Source: Camelus dromedarius
Taxonomy: Eukaryota
DNA: 64,000 nt
Assembly: GCF_036321535.1 (NCBI RefSeq)
Contig: NC_087436.1
Location: 14,198,001 to 14,262,000 of the forward strand
Direction of reading: 5' to 3'
In this document: one piece after another, positions 10,472-20,878 of the stretch
Layout: each line of letters begins with the position of its first letter
How positions within the stretch are numbered: position 1 is the stretch's first letter
Position numbers and translations under genes: made by a program
The notes under the pieces: generated by a model
Told to the model about the DNA's origin: nothing
Databases searched by the model: none
What the model saw: the letters and a program-made list of their open reading frames with translations, nothing else

Positions 10472-12296
10472 TATTCAACCTCAGGTCTTTTTTTAAGTTA
10501 AAGAAAAAAGAAAAGCAGAGATGTGCCTAGGGCATAGAGGTGGAGGGAGGCGGGGACAAAGGCTCTTCCTTCCTGAATTTTCGATCTGGCATAGAGATGG
10601 ACATTTCTGTCGGGAAAAGATGCCACACTTCCTGCCACTTCCTCCCTGAGTGGCTCTTAACCTCTCTGGAAGTCACGAGCACAAAGCAGCAAGCTCCACA
10701 TAGCCCCTTTAACTATCACTGGCAAAATAAATGTCCCAGTTGACAAAGGACACTACCCACTCTAATCTGGCCAGCTGCCCCCGCCCCGCACCCCCTGGAG
10801 CCGGGGGAGCCAGACCCCCTTCTGTCTGTTATGCAGCTTTCCTAAGATACGTGCTCCGCTTCCACGTGCCCATCCACGCTTCCCTTCAAAGTGCTTGAAG
10901 GCCAGTAAGCAGAGCTGGGCGACAATGGTGAGAAACGGCCTCCTGTACAGCCGGGAGCCTCTGCTGGAAGCTGGGGCAGAGGCCAGGGTACTCAGGAAGT
11001 GATTTCTGGCTCCTTCCAATACTGAAAGGATGTGCTAAGAAGTAAAAGGTCTTTGCATAAAGGAAAGCGCGGGGAAGGCCCTGTTCAGCACAGCAGGGCA
11101 CGAAGGATGTCCTGAAGACTGCCTCTCAAAGCACCACACACCTTAGGCCTGGTTCTAGTCTGAGGTTCTCTGCTCTTCATCATAAATAGACTCCTGGCTA
11201 TTTCAACAGGGGACCACACCGCCAGGTCCAAGGGCCCCCAGGTGAATTCACAGAGAGATGTTAACACGTTCCTGAGCCAAACAGGGAAAAGAGGTCAATA
11301 CTGTCAGCTCCAGAACTCAATAATGCAGAAGGCTGCTACTTCACTCCAGAGCCCTGCCCGCTCTCTTATCTACAACGCTCCATCTTTGACCCAGTTTCTC
11401 TGCTACTTTACAACAGATTAAAAAAGTGATGTTTTTTTTTTTAAGTGGGCAGAATTCTTTTTTTTTAACCCCTGGCTTCCCAATGATCTCTTCTAGCAAG
11501 TAGAGGTTTCTTAATTTACTTGCATGTTTCTAAACAGAGAGTACTTAAAAAATGCAATTTTTGACTCAGTTTCTATCATGTATGGTGACCTGTCGCTCTG
11601 AGGCCACACTTTCATCTAACTGCTTACAATTCGCAAGCTTTATATTTTCTTCAAAGTAACACATTTAGCGTTAATTGGAGATGTGCTTCCTAGAAAGTCT
11701 ATCTGAAAACAGCTTTATGCTTTGGCCCTCTGGAAACCTCTGCTCCACACAGGCCAAAATTTAATTCAGAGATCTGAGGAATGCAGGCCACACCTCCAAA
11801 CATTTGTGGAAGGAAAACTGGAGGGAAAAATCAAGAGAAAATTCTAAGGATGTGCATGATTTAATGATGTTATTTAATAAAGAACATTTTGTCTCTGGAA
11901 GCTCTAGTTAATCTCAGATAATGGAGTTCAGAAACCCAATTTTTTGTTTCAGTGGAGACTGATAATGCTGGACTTCAGCAGAACTGCTCCGCCACGGGGA
12001 ACAGCAGATGTGCTGGAGGCAGGGCGGTGCTGGGAGGCCGGAGAGCAAGGCCCCCAGATAGCATGCTCTCCGCATGAGGTCATAATCCTCTGGGATGTCT
12101 GGGAGGATGCAGCCTTACACTTTTTGGCTACTCAGCTCGAGCTCATCATAGAAAGCCCTTTCTACCACTTCCAGAGCACATTCACTTGCACTGTCTTCTT
12201 TCTTAGTGATTCTAGCAGGTTTGGAAACGTAGACACATCCCCAAACACAAAACCATGCAGCCCCCAGAGGGTTATCCCTCTGCAGTCCATTCTTAC

Positions 12297-12785
12297 CTCT
12301 TCTCTCGCCTCCCTGAAGGATGCATTTGAAGTCCCCCCTCTCTTAGAAAGGGGAGACTTGGTGGTATCTTCTTGCTGCCCAAATAACTCCTCGATGGTCT
12401 TTGTATCGATTTGGTAGTGATGCTGCTGCCTGGCTGCCAGGGTCCAGATGTTGGTTTTGCCACGAACTTGTTCCTCTGGGATGGTTTTCCAAAAAAAGCT
12501 TCTCATCCGTTTTTTCTTACCAAGGTGGCTGAAGCCATTCAGGTGATTAGTGGGGGGTAGTCCTGGGGGGGGAGGGGGGACCGGAGGCCCCCCAGGCAGT
12601 GGAGGGGGAGGGGGAGGAGGAGGAGAGGGAGGAAACCCTTCCCCCAAGAATGGACATGGTGGAGGCGGAGGGGGTGGAGGTGGAGGGGGTGGTGGTGGTG
12701 TTTGCCCGATCATGAATCCAGCTGCCGGGGCAAGAGTCCCATTTTCTTTATCACCGACCAAGGAGACACAATTCATAACATGCAT
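12297..12785 (-). CDS. FHDC1: FHDC1 (FH2 domain-containing protein 1 / inverted formin INF1), first coding exon: N-terminus, poly-proline FH1 and start of FH2
   Basis: Translates as MHVMNCVSLVGDKENG...poly-Pro...KKKRMRSFFWKTIPEEQVRGKTNIWTLAARQQHHYQIDTKTIEELFGQQED...REAREE (163 codons), which matches the FHDC1 N-terminus. ATG at 12785 (ACTATGC); donor GAG|GTAAGA at 12297/12296, phase 0. Confidence 0.96.
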
Positions 12786-12921
12786 AGTACTGTTGCCTTC
12801 TAAGGAGATAATTTCTCGACCTTGGGGAAGCAGACACAAACATCAAACTTGTGTCATACTCTGCCACCCGCTAGTCTGCCGCCAGAGGAAAAGCAACTGG
12901 GTGGTGTGTCATCTTCAAAAC
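12786..12921 (-). other. FHDC1: FHDC1 5'UTR portion of the first coding exon
   Basis: Strong acceptor gttttctctttgtag|G at 12922/12921, 136 nt upstream of the ATG. Confidence 0.8.
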
Positions 12922-15900
12922 CTACAAAGAGAAAACAGCTTTAAAAACAGTGCAGGAAAACATTGCAATCCTAGCTCTTCCCTTCCAAGGCCAGTGCCAG
13001 TCCCCCCAGAGCAGCTGGAGCTTAAACTCAATGAGGGGCCACACATCCACGAGAGCTTTCAAAGGGACTGATAATACTCTAAATGTGAACCAGATTTTAC
13101 TACCTGGAAATGCTGCCAGAGCAGCAGCAATAAATTCAACTTGGAAACCTTCCATTCATCAATAAAACACATATTTATTGAGAACCTGCAATAGGTTCAG
13201 CAAGTATTGCTCACTTAATGAATAAGCTACTTGTTCACTAACTGGCTCATTTTCTCTGGGCAGTGGACCGCCCCCTGCCACCAACCCCTAGGGAAATTAC
13301 CCAAATGGCTAAGGCGTTAGTGACTCTGCCTTTCTCCAGTTCGGACATGTCCCCTACAAATCAGTGGGTCAAAGGGCATCCTCCACCTTGCACATAATAG
13401 GCAGGGCATTTGGGGACGATAAAGTCATGGCCAAACCCACTCTGCTGGGGTCAGGGCCACCTGGGGTCCCCCCACACTTGAGGATGCCACGCCACTTCCC
13501 GACAAACAGAGAAGAGAACAGCAGGCATGAAGGCAGAAGGTTACGACTCTAAATCAAGCTTTACTGCTCACGGTTTTAGAGAAGTCCCTTCACCTCACTA
13601 GACCGGCTTTCTCATTTGTAAAATTAGGAGGTTGGGACTGACCTCCACCATGGCTTCCAACACGATCATTTTGGATTTCTAGTTAAGTCACTCTCTGGAG
13701 ACCATCAGAACTTCTCACTGCCTCTTCTGCTTCTTCGGTGGCACTACTAGTGGAGAAGGCACAGGTACACGAGGGTATGCTGCCCGAATCACCCTGCCAC
13801 ACGTCTGCCCTCACCCACTCAGTCGCTGACTTATCCTGGTGGCTTGTGTTTTTATTCACTTTTAAATGTTTGGTTTTGGTAGTTGGGTTCCTGCGGACCT
13901 GATGTGAAAACAGGGGCAAAACAACTGCATTTCTTCAGATCTGATCTGAGGGCAGGTAAGTAGGGACAGAGAAGACAGGACCCATGCAGGCTGTGGAGTG
14001 AGCACCCCGACTCTGTGGGGACTTGTCCTCCAGGTCATTAAGGGTCACAGGGAGGGGTTTTTTAGACTGGATTTCTGAGGGTAATTATCCCTTTACAGCG
14101 TTATTGTTCAAAGCTCACACTTACATTCATCAAGCAGTACAGGATTCTACAGGAGTAAATGGTCTGATATCACTAATTGCCTTGGGAATGAGAGTAGAGA
14201 CTCCAAAAAAGAGGCTGCTTTTCCTCAGATCTGTTCTGCTACTTCTCTAGATGTGCAACCTGAGGGGAGGTAGGCTTTTTAACCTTCATCTCAGCATCTG
14301 CATCTATAATATAAGGACATACCATCTCATCGGTTTGTATAAGAATAAATGAGCTGGTACACATACAGCCCTTACCAAGACACCTGGTGTGTGGTTAGCC
14401 ATCATTAACAACTGGTATCATATGTGAAAATGATTTCTCTTTTTTTTCACAGACACTACATTTGCTTTAAAATATGTATTGGGTTTATAGAGAAAACGCT
14501 AAGTCCCCCTGGCTACTAGAAACACACCTTTAATATTTCCACTCTCTGCTTTCTAAGTCACCAGGTTTGTGAGTTTTGTCCTATTTCAATATTTAACATT
14601 GTATATTAAATTATCTCTATATTACAAGAACAAACGTTTTCATGAAACATAAATACTTAAGTTCTGAAAATTATATATAGGGAGAAAACAGCATTTCCAA
14701 TCAACTGGATACCTAGTATTATGATTACTGTTAACTGGATAACTTGTTTTATTTTTACCATTTTAACCATTTTTATGTGTACATCAGTGGCATTAAGTAC
14801 ATTCACCGTGTTGTGCTGTTATCACCATGGGATAGTATTTTAGAAAGTAAAACTGAAAATATTTACTCAAGCCAACTTACAGCTCACTTTAGATGCAACC
14901 AGCTTTTAAAAGGAGTTTTCATAATTATCATTAGGAGCATAACTAGGCTGTTTTCATAGTTGGCACCCCTAAAGCAAATGACTCACTGTCAATTACAGTT
15001 TATAGTTATATTTGAACTCTTCTTTTCTCAAGACTGTACAGGTAGTCTTGGCAGTTTATCCTTACATATTTTAAAATATTTCTGTACATAAAACATCTCA
15101 TGTATAGAAGAATTGCTAATCCTCCAATTCACCTCCAATTCCAGATATGCTGACTTGTTTATAGATTATCCCTGTTAAGAATGGTGATAAGCTAAAAAAG
15201 TCTCCATTTTAGAAGGCAATAACTCATTCAGTGCTGTGTAAGTTTAATGACACAGCTGGGCCGTTAACTCTCACATAACAAATGTAGAGACGCTAACAAA
15301 GAGTGAGAAAGTCTATCCCCTTGGAGGTCCTGCAACACCACCACCTTCTAACACCAGAGCCCCAAAGCAAATAAGTCCTTTTGAGTATAGTCTGTTTCAC
15401 AGAGGAAGTACCAGATTAAAGCTTGTCAAAGGAAACAGTAACACGCGTTAGCTGTGCATCCGTAGGATTCTAACCACTGCCCCATCTTGAGAAAGAATGT
15501 TATTTTAGAAAGTTAAAGGAACAAAAGAAAATTTACAACATTGTTCCTGGTATGTTGTCTGGCTAATTTTTTTTCCCAGGGCAACATACAAGAATCCTAG
15601 GCCCCCCACAGATTCTAATGAATAAGTTCTCCAGCAATGATTAGCTAAGATGCTAATGCTTTTACTACAAGCCTCAATAGGGCTTTGACAGGGCTTCCCC
15701 CTTGGGCCAGGATTTCCAATGTCAAAGAGATGGCAAGAAAAAGAGAGTGCAGACAGACCTTCTAAACCCTTTCCAGTCTCATGAGATATTAAAACAGGGG
15801 ATACACAAAGAGCATTTGATTTACTATGGTACTGTCCACAATAAAGATGCAAACTCCCCGAGTCTGCTGGGAGAACACAGGTGATGCAGCAGCCCTAGAG

Positions 15901-17480
15901 ATGGCTGTTTCTCACCGCGCGTGGGCAGCTGCCGGCAAGGACAATGGAATTAGCCTTAGGCTCTATCTGCAAAATGTCAAGGGTCCCATCAGTCTCCCCA
16001 GGGCAAAAGGAGACAGGCTAGTATTTAACATCTCACCTACAGGTTGGGGACCTCAGCGGCAAGGAGGATGGGTGCTAAGGTTGACAAATGCCTGGCCTTG
16101 GAGTAAATTGTAGAGCTGCCACAAGTCGTTGAAGATGGGAACTTCCTCTTCAAGTCCTCTAGGTGCTAATCATAACCCATCAGATATGAGTCTCAGTGAA
16201 GGACCTTCCTGGGGGCAGGGAAGGCTGTAGCTCAGCTGAGCATCTGGCAACTACGTGAACAACTTTTAATAAGGGGATGCTGTGACCACGTCCCCAGCGT
16301 TTAGCTGATCAGCCAGCAAAAATCTTAGAGTGAGAATGTTTATAAGGGTTGTCAAAGAAGCCCTCTGGCCCCTCCTAAACTCTCCTGTCTAAATTAGCCA
16401 GCATTACTCTGCTCTTAGTGTCAGAAACATTGCTGAAGCTCCATTCTCTTGAAGGGAGTGGGTGGGAAGGAAGAAAAGAGACTGCATGCTTCATTTCACG
16501 GTGTATTTAGGAGGAAAACACATTCCTGAAAGGCTATTCAGAGCTGAGAGCTTTCCTGAAAGAAGGTTAGTGGGGCCTTGTTGCTCAGCTGGTCACCCAC
16601 CCCCTAGGTCAATAATAATCAAAAGTAAACGCAAAGGAAAACCTGCCAGAAAAACCTTTCCCCTTGATTCCTGACGTGTGTCACCGATGAGGTGGGAGCA
16701 GGAACGGCTGGCCCACACCCTTTTGCTGACAAACGGGGGCAGAGCAAGCCGGGTGTGAAGAGAAGAGACAGGAGGATCACACGGCCTTATTTTATTTGAG
16801 GGAGAAGGGAAGGTGGGGAAAGAAAAGACAGGCGATTCGAAAATACGGAATTTCTGCTCTCCACCAACTCACTGGGAACAGGCTCCTCCCCCCCACCGCC
16901 TATTTTCAAAACCTTTCCTGATTTTCAAACACAGAATGTCAACCGCACAGTCGCACTAGAGCTGACAACATCCAACTCCTCACCATGGCACTCCTGCCGG
17001 CAGTGAAAGAACCCAAGCCTGTTTCCAGTCAGCGCGTTTAATCTGCAGCACAACATAAACAGTTCACAGATGCCCCTGAGCGAGCGCAACTCCCTGTGAG
17101 CAGAGGAAGAACGCCCGTTTCTGAATGTGCATTTTCAGTTTCTTTCAGTATCCCCAAACCCGGGGAGGGGGGGTGCAAACGAGCGCCAAAGGATGCTCTA
17201 GAGAGAGGGAAGGAAGCGCTCGCTTCTCATTCCAGGAAGACAACAGTGGGTCCGTGGAGGGGGTCACAGACGGCGGAACACTAGGGGCGGTCTCTGTGCT
17301 AACAGACGTTTGAAAACGGACTCCTAGGTCCTGAAGAAATTCGGCGTGGGGGACGCCAGGATCATGATCTCTTTCACAAAGTCTGGACGCCCAGCAGTCT
17401 CCTAAGGCTCTGCACTGGCGAGCGGGCCACTGCGTCCTCCTGCCCCCAACCCCTGGTCCCCGTTCCGCACCGCCACTTAC

Positions 17481-17800
17481 CAAAGCGCCACCGGCTCGGC
17501 CGCACAAAAGGTTCTGAGGGCACCGCGCCCGCCGAATCCCCGGGGAGCCTCGGTCCGCATGCGGTGGCAGCAGAGGGACGCGAGTGGCGGTCCCCGCGGC
17601 CCGTGCCAGCCTTAGCACGTCCTTATCTGGACGGCGGCCGCGGTGCGCGGCCCAGGTAGACGCCCACACGCACAGCGCAGGCTCTGCGGTGGGGCCGGGG
17701 CGAGCACGGGGGAGAGGCCGCAGCCCGCCTCGCGGGGACACGCTGGCCCACGGCGGCGCACCGTCGGACCCTCCGCCTCCCGGGAGCGCCGAGCGTGCGC
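17481..17800 (-). other. FHDC1: Candidate proximal non-coding first exon of FHDC1 (TSS approximate)
   Basis: Donor TTG|GTAAGT at 17481/17480 near the island edge; GC boxes at ~17875-17950 upstream. Confidence 0.5.
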
Positions 17801-18863
17801 GCGTCTTCGAGCAGAAGCGACTGGTGAGTCCGCCGCACCAGCTCGCCCCACCCCGGCCCCCGCGGAGGTCGCTGGCCCCGCCCCTCGCCCCGAGGGCCCC
17901 CGCCTTAGAGCCCCGCCTCCTCACTCGCCGATCCCCGGGGCCCGCCCCCTCCGTGGGGGTGGTGGGGCCGTACCAGGCTCCCCCAAGCGGAGTGGGGGAT
18001 TCACTAGGGAAGGTGCCACTGTGCTTGAAGCAAAAGTGGGGTCTCCTGGTTTGCGCGTTCCTCCTCCTCCTCGAACCTCCGCGGCGACACCTCCCAAGGT
18101 TCGGGGTCGGGGTCCAGGGCGCGGGGGAGACAGCCTCATGGCCGCAGTGCGGATCAGCCAAAGGGAAGAGCCAGCGAGAACACAGAGGGGAGACTCCTGC
18201 TGTTTGGTCGTAGGATTAAACCGAGAGCTCGCTGTCCCCGAGCTGGGGCACCGCAGCGGCTGGAGGTGACCCGCCAGCCTACCTGCTTCCTTCCCTAAAC
18301 TTCCACAAGCGCAGGGCTCAACTTCTAACCTGAACTTCGCATAGCCAGAGCGAGCGTGCCCGAGCGAGAGCCACCTTGTCCTCGGTCTGCATCACCCGGA
18401 CGCGGTCCTGGCCAGCCCCGCACCCACTGCCAGGAGGGGCAAGTCGTGGCTCCCTGCTGGCCAGGGACCCGGCGCGGCACCCCCAGTAGCGCGTTCTTGG
18501 ACGGGCGGGGATCAAGTAGAGGCTCAGTTTATCCAAAAGTCCTGGCAGCCAAAGCTAAATCAGCCGGCCCGGGTTTAACACGGAGGCGGCCCGCGACCTA
18601 GCTCGTTCTCCGTCCAGATCCGCGCGTCTTCGCCTCAAGAGACCGATCACTGTCCTCTGCGGCCCGGGGAGTGCAGCCGCCAAAGTTGGAGGAGCCCAAC
18701 CCTCCCCAGCCTTCCCAGTGAGGCTGAAAGGCAGCCGAGACTGAGCGTCGCAGCCCAGGTCCTGGCAGATCCTCGCCCCCGGCCCTCTAGAGCCGAGGCG
18801 TCTCGGTTTCACGGTGCCCCTGAGCGGCGATGACCCTGCCTGGGCCGCGCGGCTCACACTCAC

Positions 18864-18970
18864 CCGCAGCCGGCGCTCCCCGTGCGCGCTCCTCTCTGCC
18901 CGCCGCCCGCAGTCTCCCAGCGCCGCCACCTCCTCCCGGGTCACTGCAGCCTGGGCTGCCCGGGACCACA
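18864..18970 (-). other. FHDC1: Candidate distal non-coding first exon of FHDC1 (TSS approximate)
   Basis: Donor CGG|GTGAGT at 18864/18863, just downstream (minus strand) of a GC-box cluster at ~18972-18998; no ATG in the exon. Confidence 0.6.
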
Positions 18971-20734
18971 AGGGGGCAGGGCGGCGCGGGGCGGGGCGCA
19001 GCCGCTGCTTCAGGTAACAATGCTGCAGACGGGGCTGCTCCTAGTGCCAGCTGCAAAGGGCAGCACGCGCTTTTCTGCTCAGCCCTTCCTCCCTCCCACC
19101 CTCGAGCACCAACGTCGGCGCTGCGGCTCTCACCTCCACCTGCGTGGGACCCCGGGGGCCTGGAAGCCGCCACCCGGCAAGCGGCTGACGGTACCCGAAG
19201 CCTGGCGCGGGGCGGGACGGCCCGCCACTGAGGAAAGTAGGGGAGGCAGGGGACAGAGATATACGGACCGCGAAGTAAGGCCAGGTGTCCTCGTGGAACC
19301 TGCAAGGGAAGGCGCCAAGCTGGCTCTTCACCGGCAAGTACCTTCCACAAAGGAGCCTCTGCGGCAGCCTCCCGGACACCCTCCCCTGCGCACACGCGCG
19401 CGCACACACATGTGCGCACACGCACATTCATGCACGCTCAAACCCCGAGTGCGCATACACAAACGCGGGCCGGGCCACCCTCTGCCCCCACCTCCCCAAC
19501 CGCGTGGCCGACTCCCAGTCGGACTTGAGCTTCCCAAAGGTCAGCTCCTCCCTGGTACCTGCCAAATGTAAATCTGTTTTTTTTTTTCCTTTTTAATTTC
19601 CTCAGTGATTCAGTGATGATGGTAACAGAAGCCTTTCAGTTATATTTAAGCAAAAGAGAGAGAGAAGAGAGAGAGAAAAGAAGAGAAAAGAAGAGAAGAA
19701 AAAGTCCACTCCAGGCCTGATCGCTTGAACAGACGCTGTCTGGGAAAAGCTCCTCAAAGGAGGAAACGGGGGGATGGTTTAATCGCATCTTTTTTTTCAA
19801 AGTGACTTGCGACGCTAGGCAGTGAGAAACGAGTAATCAAAGAAAACCTATCCCAGGCAAACCGGCTGGTCGGAAGTCAGCTGCAGGGGTGGGGAGGCGC
19901 CCTCTGCGGGGATGAAGTCATAGCTACCTTTGGCTCTGTGATCCCAGATAACAGACCAGGGCTTTGCCAGCTTCTGGTGCCTGATGACTTCCCCTTTCCC
20001 CACCCTGGTCCTCAGCCCCTGAACTCCCAGGTTAGAATTCCCAATCTCCACAGGGATAGAAGAAAGAGAAGCGATTAGGGTAAAACCGCAAACAAATGAA
20101 AAAACAAAAAACAAAATCGTGCCCATCAGTAGCCCATTTCTTAGCCGTGAACCAGCCTTAAAACAAAACATGAAGGAAGTAGATCCAAGTTAGACCACAG
20201 AAAATCTCACAAAGTGGGAAGGGTAATAAAAGAGAAGGCCCTCTGCTCAGGAAGTTGACATTGACCCCAAAGGAATAGTGACCGTGCAGGCAAAGGTCAG
20301 ATCAAAGAACATGGAAAGTGAGGAGCTAATGGCACCCTCGCATTTTCAGTCACCCTGGCCAGATGAGGAGTCGATACCCCCTGCACACTTCCTGCTCTTC
20401 CAGCCCCCCTCCAACCTGGGCCTCCCCATCGGGTAGTGAGTGTGCACTCTCAAACCAGTTACTTTTTTGAAGGGTCAAGTCCAGTGACCCATCCTCAGCC
20501 CCTGGGCCCTTTGATCTTTCCACAGCATCCTGGCCCATCAGCCTCTCTCTGCCTCTCCGGCATCCTCTGCTGGCCCTTCTTCCTTTGAGGACAGTGATTG
20601 AATCTTTCCAACTTTTTCTTTCCCATTATCCCATGGGGACTGCCTTCCGACTTCAACCTGGAGGGGTCCAGAATTTGCTTGTATAACTCATGAGGGAGAT
20701 TTTAAAAGAAAAACAATAAAAACTTACAAACACA

Positions 20735-20878
20735 GGGGAGGGTATAGCTCAATGGTAGAGTGTGTGTTTATCATGCAGGAGGTCCTGGGTTCAATCTCCA
20801 GTCCCTCAATTTAAAAAAAAAAATTAAATAAAACCTAATTACCCCTCCCCAAAAAACAAAAACAAAAACAAAACAAAT
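20735..20878 (+). mobile_element. tRNA-Ala-derived SINE (Vic-1 type)
   Basis: Same head and AAACCTAATTACCCC tail; perfect 12-bp TSD CTTACAAACACA (20723-20734 and 20879-20890). Confidence 0.9.

Larger units (their letters stand above)
17330..19510. promoter_or_regulatory. FHDC1: CpG island, FHDC1 promoter region
   Basis: Abrupt GC- and CpG-rich stretch with multiple GC boxes (GGGGCGGGG ~18988-18996; CCCCGCCC ~17876-17883), lying 4.5-6.5 kb upstream of the first coding exon. Confidence 0.9.

Noticed and set aside
12786..12839. 18-aa N-terminal extension of FHDC1 and intronic C-terminal run-on shown in the ORF track (12162-12839)
   Set aside because: The extension starts at a non-ATG codon, the known protein begins MHVMNC, and the frame leaves at the 12297 donor.
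12550..13071. 173-aa poly-Gly ORF on the plus strand
   Set aside because: It is the antisense shadow of the FHDC1 poly-Pro exon.
17145..19596. Many long overlapping ORFs (up to 338 aa) in the CpG island
   Set aside because: Stop codons are depleted in GC-rich DNA; the translations are Arg/Gly/Pro/Ala-rich low complexity on both strands, with no recognisable domain.
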